Assembly: GCA_036785375.1 (NCBI GenBank)
Contig: JAWMAR010000008.1
Span: 9,486,001 to 9,550,000, forward strand
Direction: 5' to 3'
From: Leucoraja ocellata
Taxonomy: Eukaryota
DNA: 64,000 nt
Part shown: in pieces, positions 47,334 through 59,875 of the stretch
How the letters are laid out: each line of letters starts with the position of its first letter
Position numbering within the stretch: the first letter of the stretch is position 1
Made by a program: the position numbers and the translations under genes
Notes under the pieces: generated by a model
What the model was told of the DNA's origin: nothing
Database searches by the model: none
The model's input: only the letters and a program-made list of their open reading frames with translations

Positions 47334-48437
47334 TCTATCTATCTATCTATCTATCTACATAACTAAAACCGTCATCTTGTAATCTTCCAGTTTGCGTTGT
47401 TTTTACATTTGCACAAAAACGATGCATGATAGCGCTATAATTTTTCTCCACCTTACTCACTATTCTCCTGTGCTGCAAGTGCAACAGGTTTTGTCCCGAT
47501 CGGTGATATATTTTAAAAGTTATTAAGATTCAAAAATCTTAAAAACCACACATGTGCAGATTGGTCTCCTCTCCTGTCGCTCATTGTCGGGATAGCAATG
47601 CCCCTTCCTGCACCATTGCCACACTGATTGGCTGCATCTGCCATCAGTTACTGGCGGCACCCGGCTCTGCCCAGCGTTGCCCGGCACATCTGTATGGCTC
47701 GGCCTCTGGTTGGCGCAAACTCCGGTCAAGGCAACCTCCGGTCAGAGAAACAGCAACCTCGAGATCTTTGGGAGGTGAGGAGGGAGAGTGGGGGAGTTGG
47801 GAGAGAGGAGGAGGTAGGGAGGGAGTGAGGGAGAGTGGGGGGAAAGTGGGGGAGGTGAGGAGGGAGAGTGGGAAAGGAGGGGGGATAGAAGGAGAGGACG
47901 GGGTAGAGAGGGGAGAGGAGTTATGGATGGAGGAAGTGACTGAGGGTAGGGGAAAGGAGAGGTGAGGGAGGGACTGGGGAGGATAGGAGAAGAGGGGAAA
48001 AGAGGGAGGAGGTGAGGAGGGAGAGTGGGGAGGAGGAGTAGAGGAAGAAGAGGGGGGAGTGGGACAGGTGGGGAGTGGGAAATAGAGGGAGAGGAGGGTA
48101 ATGGGGGAGGTGAGGAGTGAGGGAGGTGGGGGATAGATGATAGAACGGGGTAGAGAGGGGAGAGCAGTTATGGAGGGAGGGAGGGAGTGTCTGAGGGTAG
48201 GGGAAAGGAGATGGAGGGAGAGGTGAGGGAGGGAGTGGCGGAAGGGAGGAGGAGAGGGGAAAGAAGAGGGAGGCTGAAGAGGAGAGGAGAGAGTGTGGGG
48301 GATTGAGGGGAAATGAGCTGCAACTGCACGGTTGGGGGCTATGGGTGAATGGTGGAATATTGCGGTGGGGGAACGGGTTGCATTGGGGGACCAGGCATCC
48401 CGTGTGACAGGGACCCAACGGGTCCCACTTAGCCTCG
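47334..48437 (+). mobile_element. Non-autonomous Helitron with internal polypurine tract
   Basis: A|TC start with (TCTA)n then cataactaaaac. The 3' hairpin gggacccaacgggtccc is followed by CTCG|T (mutated CTAG). Termini are related to 13929-14506. Confidence 0.75.
47770..48312 (+). repeat. GA-rich low-complexity tract
   Basis: Almost pure G/A with many GGG runs and an internal duplication (gggtagagagggg...gagggtaggggaaaggaga twice). Confidence 0.9.
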
Positions 48438-49878
48438 TTAAATTTACTAAGGTGAATGTCAATATTTTATGTGCTTTTAAAAAAGAGCATGTTCATATAG
48501 CAATAGTACTTTGTCTTTGTATTGTGTTCCTTCAACCTCTAGGATATCCCCTGAACTACCTCACAGCTATTTAATTACTTTTCTGAAATGCAGGAACTGC
48601 TCAGAAAAATCACATTCCTCTGTAAATTAACAGCTTTCAGCCATAGCTGAGCAAGTTTCATTATTAATTATTCATAAAGGAACACTAATTTTCCTATATT
48701 ATCATTTTTAGATTTACAGCTCAAATTACCATGCACCTTAATATCATTCTCTGCAAATAGTTTTCTACTTTTAATTAAACTTAATTCCAATTATGTACCA
48801 ACTTAAATTGAATTTGTGAAAAACTGGCTCTTGTGTTGTTTAGTTAAATTGCTTAATTTGAATTACTGGGCAATTTGCATTTTCAAAGCATAAACCCGCT
48901 TCAAATTAACATAACTAAGCTGCAGTAGTAACAAACAGATTTGCATGAAATTTCTTGTTTTCCATTTTGGTGAAAGAAACAATAATATGGGATATCTATT
49001 TTAAAATAAGCAACACATCTCATGAAATCTTATCGATTAAAAATCCATGAATATACTTCATCGGGTGTATTTTTATATTAAGCAGTATAATTTTCCTCCC
49101 TGCAGCTTTCCACTGTGGTCCTGTGCCTCGCTGTACTTGCGTTTTTGACAATAAACTCGACTTGAATACTTATTTCTAAGTAAATATCACCTGAAATATC
49201 TGATGACTTCAAATAACATGCCTATTCTAACTGAGCAAAATGGTTGGCTAATTAGCATACCCTGCTGCAATTATCATCTGTTAATTCATTGCTAAATATA
49301 GGGCAATGCACAGGCCTTATTATAGGACCGTGCAGATACAAAAGTAGATTTGGCAGGCTATATCGCCAGATTCAACCACCTATTCCCTCTGGCAGTTTTG
49401 AATAAAACAAGAGAAGTGATGACACAGCATGTTAGTCAACACTGTGAAGAGACAGAAAATGGATTATTAAAATGGGTAATGTGCCAGAGCTGGATAAACT
49501 CCATCTCAGACTGCTAATGGAAGCAAGAAAGGAATTTACAGAACCTCCATTTGCAATTTATCAATTCTCCCTGGGTGCGAGTGTAAGGACTGCCAAGCCT
49601 ACAGCATTGCACAAAAACAGAGAAAGATAAATCAAACAAAGAGATGGTCATTGATCTTAATTGTTAAATTGCTTTTCTCTTGAATGGTGCTGACTGGTTT
49701 ACCCTGGGTATTTCCAGGGTATTACTGGGTAATCCTTCTTTAATAAAGCACTTTGGTTCAAATACTGGTTTTGTTGAAAAGTGCTATATAAATAAAGATT
49801 ATTATTATTATTATTATTCTTCTTTCAAATTTTCATCCACACTACCTTTTTTTTAAATTCATAGTTACAGGTCACTTA

Positions 49879-51431
49879 CAGTGCCCTCCATAATGTTTGG
49901 AACAAAGACCCATCATTTATTTATTTGCCTCTGTACTCCACAATTTGAGATTTGTAATAGAAAAAAACCCACCTGTGGTTAAAGTGCACATTGTCAGATT
50001 TTAATAAAGGCTATGTTTATACATTTTGGTTTCTCCATGTAGACATCACAGCAATGTTTATACATAGTCCTCCCATTTCAGGGCACCATAATGTTTGGGA
50101 CACAGGAATATCATGTAAATGAAAGTAGTCATGTTTAGTAGTTTGTTGCATATCTTTTGCATGCAATGACTGCTTGAAGTCTGCGATTCATGGACATCAC
50201 CAGTTGCTGGGTGTCTCCTCTGGTGATGCTCTGCCAGGCCTGTATTGCAGCCATATTTAGCTTATGCTTGGGGCTAGTCCCCTTCAGCTTTAGCGGTATG
50301 TTTGGGATCATTGGCTTGCTGTAGAATGTACCACCGACCAATGAGTTTTGAGGTATTTGTTTAAACTTGAGCAGGTAGGATGTATCTATACACTTCAGAA
50401 TTCATTATGCTACTACCATCAGCAGTTGTATAATCAATGAAGATAAGTGAGCCAGTACCTTCCACAGCCATACATGCCCAGACCATAACACCCCCACTAT
50501 CGTGTTTCAGAGATGAGGTGGTATGCTTTGGATCTTGGAAGTTCCTTCTCTCCTCCATACGTTGCTGCCATCACTTTGATATGTTAATCTTCGTCTCATC
50601 TGTCCAAAAGACCCTTTTCCAGAAATGTGGTTGTTCTTTTAAGCACTTCTTGACAAACTGCAACCTGGTCATCCTATTTTTGCAGCTAACCAGTGGTTTG
50701 TATCTTGCATTGTAACCTCTGTATTTCTGTTCATGAAGTCTTCAGCGTACAGTGGTCACTCACAAATCCACACCAGATTCCTGAAGAGTGTTTCTGATCT
50801 GTTGAACAGGTGTTTGGGGATTTTTTTTTAAATTATAGAGAGAATTCTTCTGTCATCAGCTGTGGAGGTCTTCCTTGGCCTGCCAGTCCCTTTGCGATTA
50901 GTAAGCTCACCAGTGCTCTCTTTCTTCTCAATGATGTTCCAAACAGTTGATTTTGGCAAGCATAACATTTGGCTGTCTCTAACAGTTTTATTCTTGTTTC
51001 TCAGTCTCATAATGGCTTCTTTGACTTTCATTGGCACAACTTTGGTCCCCTTGTTGATAAACAGCAATTAAAATTTCCAAAGGTGATGGAAAAACTGGAG
51101 GAAAGACCAGATGCCGAGAGCTCTCATACCTGCATTAAGAAGGCAATTAAACACACATGAGCAATTACAAATGCCTGTGAAGCCATGTGTCTCAAACATT
51201 GTGGTGCCCTGAAATGGGGGGGGGGGGGGGGGGGGGGGGGGACTATGTGTAAACACAGCTATAATTTCTATATGGTGAAACCAAAATGTGCAAACATGGC
51301 CTTTAATAAAATTTGACAATGTACACTTTAACCACATGTGAGTTTTTTTATATTACAAATATCAAATTATGGAGTACGGAGGCAAATAAATGAATGATGG
51401 GTCTTTGGCCCAAACATGATGGAGGGCACTG
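49879..51431 (-). mobile_element. Full-length inactive Tc1-like transposon with long IR/DR termini, TA TSD
   Basis: TA|CAGTGCCCTCC ... GGAGGGCACTG|TA, with ~225-bp TIRs containing an inner repeat of the terminal motif. Confidence 0.95.
50135..51037 (-). pseudogene. Tc1 transposase pseudogene
   Basis: KSTVWNII...GRPRKTS..DDRRI (paired-like domain), KH..GGVMVWACM...GTGSL, and QAWQSI...LVMSMNRRLQAVI, broken by frameshifts and a deletion. Confidence 0.9.
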
Positions 51432-52260
51432 TATTTTAACTTTGGTGGTGGTAAAATTCTTGAGATCTGTTCTGTGGTGCAGTACAAAGTTTATTTTCGA
51501 ATGAGAGACTAGCCAATAAGCATGGGTGCATTAAGATTTGGGAGGTGTAGTGTTGGAGATGATGCCGGGTTTATGACTACGGCAATGACTACAACACTCA
51601 TTGTTACTGGTGAGAGGTTTTGACTAAATCTCCAAAGAATTCATAGTTGAGATGGCGAGAGGGGAAGGTTTAGGTAGCAGAGAAGATGCTATTTTTACAC
51701 TTGTGTGGAAGATATAAAGCATGTGCCTTCATTGTTCAGTGTTTCCCATTCATCTTTAACAAATTTCCACAAGCCACCACTTGAGAAATAAACATTTGTG
51801 TATTACAGCTTTCCACATTATATAAATGTTGGATGCATCAGGCTTGCCTGCAATTTACATTGCAATAATCTTAACCAGGAGCAGCAGTGAAGTTTTAACT
51901 CCCTGTGGATCCTTAGAGTCCATCCAGCACGGCTCACTGAACCTTGGAAGCCCTGACCCATCTACAATCTATTTCTGCTTCCCTTGCATTGTGCTGTCTA
52001 TCCAGAATCCATCGTTTCAAGCTTGTAATAGTCTGTTAAATAGAAAAGGAGAGAGGGGGAAGAGGCAAAGATCAAAAAGGAGTGGAAGGCAGAAGCGTTC
52101 AACTGGTTGAATTCTGGATTTACCATTAACTTTTGCCACACACATCTCATAATGAGGAATGCTAAACCAAGAAGTTAGTTGTTTCATGTAACACAGATCT
52201 CAAGAACAATATGATCACTATTTCCAATCATACTTGCTTAGTCTGTGCTATATATTAGCT

Positions 52261-52262
<2 letters not shown>

Positions 52263-52325
<63 letters not shown>
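52263..52325. repeat. (CT)n microsatellite
   Basis: About 31 CT units. Confidence 0.95.
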
Positions 52326-52329
<4 letters not shown>

Positions 52330-53249
52330 TATATTATTTCACAGATGCTCGCAAAGGGCATTTATAGAATTCCCACTGCAGTCTTATTTTTTTTCTACTT
52401 ATTTTCTATTCATAAGGTATTTACTACCAGTTCATCGTATTATATTTTCTCCATTCGGATATTTTTCCTCGCTTTCTAGCATAACCCTTCCACCTTGGAA
52501 TACTTAGTTCTGAGTCCTGACAATTTTGCAAACACGTCTCAGTGATGGTTACAATCTCATACACCTCAAGTTTACTTCCATTAAGTAGCCTAATATTCGG
52601 CATGTTATATAAAGAATGTTTATTTAGGTTGTGCAGTCTAATTTGCCTGTCTGCCTAATTTTTCTTATTTTATATTTATTTTCTCTCTTTGCTGCATTAA
52701 TTACTTTACACCTTTTACATTTCCCATCACCTATGGTAATTATAGCAACATTTCTCACCATGCTTTGCTCTCTTTGCCTTTGAGAACTGTTATCTTTACC
52801 CCTAAGGTGTCATCCCACCTTTTACTTATTTAAAATGCTTGTCACTGCCCTATTTATTCCATCTGTGCAGCTCCTGGTCTTTTGCTGCTTTAGATGATAT
52901 AATAGTCCAATTCCTCCTTGCCCAGTACTGTGGCAGTGTCTGTACAATCCCTCTTTCCACACTATTCCTTCAGTCATATGTTTATCTCCTTAATATAATT
53001 ATCCCCATAATGACAGGATCCCATCTCATTTCCTCAGATTTTCTTTCAAGCCAATTTGAGCTTTCCCTCATCTGGCACCAGACGGTTAATGAACCATTTT
53101 GTTTTCTTTGTTCTACTATCAATCACTTTAGCCTTTTATTCACTCCAGCTTTCAACAATATTAGAGCCTTTCATTTGTTCATTCTTCACCGACATTCTCC
53201 CTTTTTCTTGCTTGAAACCCACCAAACCTATTTTAGACCCGTGATGTAA

Positions 53250-53555
53250 GGGGCGGCACAGTGGTATTGCACTAGAATTGCTGCCTCGCAGTCAGAGACT
53301 CGGGTTCAATCCTCACAACGTGCTGTCTTTGTGAAGTTCGTATGTTCTCCCTGTGACTACGTGGATTTCCTCCCGGTGCTCCGGTTTCCCTCACATATTC
53401 CACAGAGATGCAGGTTTGTAGGTTAATTAACCTCTGTATATTGTCCCTAGTCTGTTGGATTGAACTAGAGTACGGATGATCATTGGTTAGTATGGACTCG
53501 GTGTGCCAAAGGGCCTGTTTCCACGCTGTATCTCTAAACAAAACTAAAACTAAAC
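53250..53555 (+). mobile_element. HE1 V-SINE, full length
   Basis: ggggcggcacagtgg head, B box gggttcaatcc and aaact tail. Confidence 0.9.
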
Positions 53556-54929
53556 TTATCCACCTAAGATATTAACTCTATTTTGTTCACTGCAGATTCA
53601 CCCTGACTTGCCGAGTATTTCCTGTAAATCTTTTTATTATCAGAGTTTACTTCTTCTTTAGACAAGTGTAAGGAAATATATTTTTGGATGTCACCATAAA
53701 CAGGATGTTTACTGTAAATGGCAGAGACCTAGGAGTGTTGATGTGCAGAGCAACCTTTGGGTGCAAGTCCAGCTCTCTGAAAGATAGGTAGTAATAAAGG
53801 CATATGGCTTGCTTCGCTTCAAAGGCCAAGGCACTGGGTATTAGTTGGAATGTGATTTTGTACACTCCATTTCTTCCCCACCATCTCTGTAAGTAAAAGT
53901 ATTTTATTTTCTCTCATTCCAATTCTGATAAAGGTTCTCAAACTGAAATGTAACCATGTCTCTCTTTCCACTGATGCTGTCCGGCCTTTTGAGTTTTTCC
54001 AGAATTTTATGTTCTTTTTTTAGATTTGATATTCATTATGGCCAGCATTTCTGAAGTTAGATTTAAACAATTTCTGCATTCGTCTAAAGCTGTTGTCCAA
54101 TTATCTGAGGCAACTAATTCAGTTGTATGTCTGAAATGTGCTGTTATTTGATTTACACTGGGCTATAAAAAGCTTTATCAAGTGCTGCCTGTTTTTTTTG
54201 TTGCACCATCTGAGCAAATTATATTTTGGTGCCGGGATGTTGCGTTTACTGCTGTGTTCACTGATATGCACATTCCATGAAAATGAAATCAATTTGAAAT
54301 CTTTGATTAGAGCATACAAATAAAATATTTAGACAGTGAGGTATTGTTCTGTGAAAAAAACAGTCACCTTCAATTTAGCTCCTGAGACTAACTTATGTAT
54401 GTGAGTAAGGGCATTTCAGAATGAGATAAAAGCAAGTGCCTGAATTATTTATTGCACTTCTGCTGATCAATTCGCATGCCATCAATACACCAGAGATGTT
54501 GCACTAATTCCCAAACTGGCAGAATCAGGGCACTGCATGTGCTAACAGAGGGCAAGGAACCTGTGATGCAGCACCATGTTAAAAAGACAGAGACAAATAG
54601 CGAGAGATACAATCAACTGCTTCATCAGCACAATAGATTCTCCACAAAACAGCAAGATTTAAAAAAAAGCAAAGTGTTGCAATGCACAGCACTGAGAGAA
54701 ATAAAAAGCAGCTGCACAAACACAGAGACCTGGGAGCTCGCATACACAAATCGTTGATGTAGACAGAACAGATAAATGAATGCAAAAAAAAACATAACAT
54801 ATGGATATTTGGCTTTTAGATAAAGGCTTCAGGTTCTCGGCTAAAAATGTGATTCTATGTCGATTTTATATCACGGCGAATGCCTCAACTGGACAATTGT
54901 GTCTGGCTGTGGACACCATTTTGCAGCAA

Positions 54930-55081
54930 GGGGGAGAGAGGGATGGGGGTGGGAGGAGGAGGAGGGGGAGGAGAGGGAGAGAGGTGAGGAGAGGGAGATG
55001 GAGAGGGGGAGGGGAGAGGGGTGGGGGAGGGGAGGAGAGAGGGGAGGGTGAGGGAGGTGTGGGGGAGGGGGCAGATGGGGT
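54930..55081 (+). repeat. G/A-rich tract (G-quadruplex potential)
   Basis: Many runs of 3-5 G. Confidence 0.85.
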
Positions 55082-55751
55082 ACCACCTCCAGTTTAAATT
55101 CCATTTGGAATATTTTGGAGGACCAAGAAACCAAGAACCAAGAACCAAGGGCAACAGTGTCGAGAAGATAGATACACATTGCTGGACTCAGCAGGCCAGG
55201 CAGCATCTCTGGAGAAAAGGCATATGTGACCCTTTGGGTTGAGACCCTTCTTCAGCCTTGTCTTGAACTGAGTGCGGGAAAGATAAGGCAGGATAAGGAA
55301 TCTCAGTAATGCGGATTCTCATTCTCCTTGGAGCAGAGAAGAAGATAATAATTTGCATGGCTATGGTGTAGGAACAGGGAGAATGGGATCAATTGGATTT
55401 TTCAAAGAGATGGCACAGACATAAAGGAAAAATAAGAGTCTCCATCCATGATTCTCACATCACGAAATAGAAACATGTATCATCCTGGTTTTAAGCTCTA
55501 AGCGATCCAACTTCAATGAAAAATGAATGATAACCGAGAGTCAGGGGCTTTTGTTCAAGATGCATATGTTCTGCTGTTTCACTTCAGCTCCTTTGTCCAA
55601 CTAATGCCTTAACACATGGATAGAAGGAGTGGATTCTAATGCACAACCGGATGGCATTTCTGCCATTTTTGATCACACTGGCATGGACCAAGCTATTCAT
55701 GCAGAAACAAACAATCACAGTGCCTATAGCGGCTGCTTCAGAGTGACTTAA

Positions 55752-55812
55752 AGGGGACCTACATTTATGGATCCCAGGCCAGAGATGGGAACCTAACTCA
55801 GGTAGGTCTCCT
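55752..55812. mobile_element. Possible 61-bp Kolobok/T2-like mini-MITE
   Basis: TTAA|AGGGGACCTAC ... GTAGGTCTCCT|TTAA. Confidence 0.45.
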
Positions 55813-56002
55813 TTAAGGTAGGCAATTACATGGGCACCCCAGACACACCATAAACCTTTCATTCCCTGCCTGGCACTACCCACCCCCTTCCCCACCCAAC
55901 CACCTCTCCACCAATTTAATCCAACACTACTTACCCTCAATGACCAAGCCTACCTCCATCTGACACCAAACCACTGCTCCAAAATACCGGTTGCTCCTCT
56001 CC

Positions 56003-56362
56003 ATAGAACCATAGAAAATAGGTGCAGGAGGAAGGCATTCAGCACTTCGAGCCAGCACCGCCATTCATTGCGATCATGGCTGATCGTCCACAATCAATAA
56101 CCCGTGCCTGCCTTCTCCCCAAACCCCTTGATTCCACTAGCCCCTAAAGCTCTGTCTAACTCTCTTTTAAATCCATCCAGTGATTTGGCTTCCACTGCCC
56201 TCTGTGGCAGGGAATTCCACAAATTCACAACTCTCTGGGTGAAAAAGTTTTTTCTCACCTCAGTCTTAAATGGCCTCCCCTTTATTCTCAGACTGTGGCC
56301 CCTGGTTCTGGACTCGCCCAACATTGGGAACATATTTCCTGCATCTAGCTTGTCCAGTCCTT
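56003..56362 (-). mobile_element. CR1 3' end (young subfamily)
   Basis: MFPMLGESRTRGHSLRIKGRPFKTEVRKNFFTQRVVNLWNSLPQ. Confidence 0.9.
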
Positions 56363-57849
56363 TTTATCTCCAACCATCAACCTCACTCCCAATTTCTAAT
56401 CCTATCTCTGCACAGGCCCCAGCAGGTAATCCTTGCCCCGGTGATGTGGCCACTGATAGCATGGCAACCTCTCCATCCCCTAACCCACCTAATTCAGCCC
56501 TAGGGCTTACCTGATTTCTTCATCTGCTCCCAATGTTGGACCATGCAAAACGAAAGGCTGTGAGTGTCCCAGGGCAAATCAGAAGGATGCTGGGGGCTTG
56601 AAGAGTTTCTGAAATTCCCATCCCCTTCACAGAATTTTACAGGGTCCGTCACACACCATCTGCTTGACACATCTTTACAGGCACTGGCCAACTGATGTCA
56701 GCCTATAATTGGAATAGTGGCAGTGGAAAGAAATAACAAAATAACCAAGGTAAATTGTGCCCGTGCAAAATGGTAAATGGGCTTATCTGAGGCAACTCTA
56801 TCGTATCTAACACAATAACATCTTCTGGCAGCATTCAAATCCTTGATGTTAGAAATTCACTTAAACACTCAACGGGTCATCCATCAATGTTCATGCTACA
56901 AATAAGAAGACAAAGCCGGAGAAATCTAAAACAAAATCAGAAATTGCAGAAATGCACAATGGGCCCCTGTTAAGAGACACATATGTCAGAGGGATAAAAT
57001 GAATCTAAATTGTCTTTGCTGCATTTTCTGCATCAATTTCTGTAGAAGTGAGTATGAAGGCACTTGCAAAGAGAAAAAGACTGAGAATATAATTATTTCC
57101 ATCCTCAACTGAAAATATAAAAGGCAGCGTTATTCTTTAAATTCGCTTTGCATTCAGAGTAAGCTCAGGCGTGCAAAGAAACCATATAGCATCAACACAA
57201 GGTCCATAAAATCAAAATATACACACATCTACACTTTAAAAATTATTGAGCTAGACATTTGCTCGTGTAGCACATGAGTTCAGTCAACATGACCAAGGCA
57301 TTTAATTTAAAATCCAAAAGCTTTGCTCATGGGATTTTGATGTGTTTAAACTGCAACAGGCCGATGTGTATGAAGTGCAGATGCATAGATGTCATTGTGT
57401 AGCGCTGCCTTGGTGATTTTTCTGGAAAATCAATCTGTGCACTTGACATTTGAGAATGGGATGGACCATTCACGCTGACACAGCTCAGACCTGCTACAAT
57501 TAAAGGGACTCACTTACCTGATCTGTATTGCAGTCTAAAATGGCTTCTTTTGGAATTGTATTTGTTGCTTCCTCCAACTTGCATCCATCACCATCAATAC
57601 GGATCAGCCCCAACCACATTTACAGCCACCCCTTTCCTCAGCCAGGTCTTGTATCAACACTAGCCACTCCAGATCAGTTCCATCCACAGTGACACAATCT
57701 TTCTCATACACTCATTCCTCAAATATCCATGGCACATCTTATTCAGGTTTAGGCTTATTATTGTCATATGTACCGAGGTACAGTGAAATGTTTTATTTTG
57801 CATGCTATCCAAACAGATCCGATGGACTCCGGGATACTTTGTACTTTGA

Positions 57850-58139
57850 TGCGACAGCGGTAGAGTTGCTGCCTTACAATGCTTGCAGCACCAGAGACCC
57901 GGGTTGAATCCCAACTGTTTGTACGGACTTTGTACATTTGCTACGTGACCGCGTGGGTTTTTCCCAAGATCTTTGGTTCACTCCTACACTCCAAAGACAT
58001 TAATTGGCTTGGTATAAGTGTACATTTTCCCTAGTGTGGGTAGGATAATGTTAATGTGCTGGGATCGCTGATCAGTGTGGATTCAGTGGGCCAAAGGGTC
58101 TGTTTCCGTGCTGTATCTCTAAACTAAACTAAACTAAAC
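57850..58139 (+). mobile_element. HE1 V-SINE
   Basis: cagcggtagagttgctgccttac ... (AAACT)3 tail. Confidence 0.9.
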
Positions 58140-58320
58140 GTTGTCATTGCCCTTTACGTGGCGACTATTTGCATACCTTGGGTATGCAAGCAAAGAATTT
58201 CACTGTTACTTATCAATTGTAACAATAAAGTATTCATTCATTCATTCAATCATTCATTCATTCAATCATTCATTCATTCAATCATTCAATCATTCAATCA
58301 TTCAATCATCCATTCATTCA
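58140..58320 (+). mobile_element. LINE 3' tail with expanded (CATT/CAAT)n
   Basis: gcaagcaaagaatttcactgt...aataaag plus (ATTC)n; the same tail occurs at 62765-62838. Confidence 0.7.
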
Positions 58321-59084
58321 TACTATACATACATACAATTAAGTCACTCAAATACAACAGGTAGAGCAAAGGGCAAGATGCAGAGTGCAGAATAGAGTTT
58401 TCAACATCAATAGAGTTCTCCCTGTTGGAGATAGGACACCTGTGTAAATGTTTTGTTCTGCAACATCAGTTTTATTGCACATGATGCCTTGGAGCGCATG
58501 CAAATAATTCCAATAGGATTCAATGCAGGACTGCCTCTTAGATTACATATATATTTACATGTTATATACACACATACACACATATATATATATATATATA
58601 TCCCACAGCACTGGATATAAGAGACATTTTATATATCTATATATATGTGTAAGAATTAATTGTGTTTGTGCACAGTTTCAATTAGTTGAAGGAACTTTGT
58701 GAGCACAGCTTCAAGGCTGCAGCTAGGTTAGATATGAAGAGTTTTGGTTTTCTCCTGCGAGAATAGTGAAGGAATGGAACAGACTGTCAGCTCGTGAGGA
58801 GAATGCTAATTTGGTGAACTCCTTCAAGTGGAGCTGTGCTGCTTCTGACTGGGGGGAAAATATCACATTCACAAACCCACAACTGGTATTGATCATCCAA
58901 TGGAGAAGATTTTAGACTTTCTTATGCCCTCTTTTCCTTGCTTTTATATAAGATTTTGTCTCTCTCGGGAGGTTCCTCCAGCTTTTTTGTGTACCTTCGA
59001 ACATTTTACAAGGCTCAGCGGGTTCGAATTTGGATTAATACCAAGGGCTTAATGATGTTTACTAGGCTTTTTTCAGAAGAGAAG

Positions 59085-59295
59085 AAATTGCAGGTGCCCT
59101 GATGGAGATCTTTAAATCTTTATTGGTCACAAGTGAAGTGGCAGGTGACTGGATAACACCAGGTATGGTATCTTTATTCAAGATGGAGCCCAGGGATTAC
59201 GCAGGTAATTACAGGCTGGTGAGTTGCATGTCAGTGGTAAAGCAGTTATTGGAAAATATACTGAGGGACAGGATTAAAGTACCTTTGGAAAGGCA
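59085..59295 (+). mobile_element. CR1 RT N-terminal fragment
   Basis: EIFKSLLVTSEVAGDW...SLFK...GNYRLVS..SVVKQLLENILRDRI. Confidence 0.8.
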
Positions 59296-59304
59296 GGACT
59301 TTAC

Positions 59305-59875
59305 TCTTTTAGACTTTAGAGATAGAGCACGGAAACAGCCCATTCGTCCCACCAATTCCATGCCGAACACTGATCACCCCGTACACTAATACTATCCAAC
59401 ACACTAGGGACAATTTACAATTTTACTGAAGCCCATTCTACAATTCTACAAGCCTGTAGATCTTTGAAGTGTGGGAGGAAACCGGGACACCCGGTGGCGC
59501 AGGGGTAGAGTTGTTGCCCTACAGCTCTTGCGACGCTGGAGATCCGGGTTCGATCCCGACTACGGGTGCTGTCTGTATGGAGTTTGTATGTTCTCCCCGT
59601 GACCGCGTTGGTTTTCGCTGAGTTCTTCAGTTTACCTCCACACTACAAGGACATACAGGTTTGTAGGTTAGTTGGCTTGGTGTATGTGTAAATTGTCCCT
59701 AGCGTGCGTAGGATAGCGTTAATGTGCCGGGATCGCTGGTCGGCGTGGACTCGGTAAAACCAAAGGGCCTGTTTCTGCAATGTGTCTCTAAACTAAACTA
59801 AAAACCCACAAGGTCACATGGAGAACGTAAAAAAATTAAATATAGACAGCACCCATGATCCGAATAGAACCCGGG
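59305..59875. mobile_element. HE1 SINE (-) interrupted by HE1 SINE (+, 59492-59802)
   Basis: The minus copy breaks at gggacacccgg and resumes at aaaacccacaaggtcac after the plus copy's (AAACT)n tail. Confidence 0.85.

Noticed and set aside
47644-48462. 272-aa and 165-aa Pro/Ser/Leu-rich ORFs
   Set aside because: Artefacts of the pyrimidine strand of a low-complexity GA tract inside a Helitron.
57511-57620. Possible minus-strand exon ending in CAG|GTAAGTG (MWLGLIRIDGDGCKLEEATNTIPKEAILDCNTDQ)
   Set aside because: No convincing acceptor or promoter and no recognisable protein. Isolated consensus donors are expected by chance in 64 kb (another at ~37806-37815).
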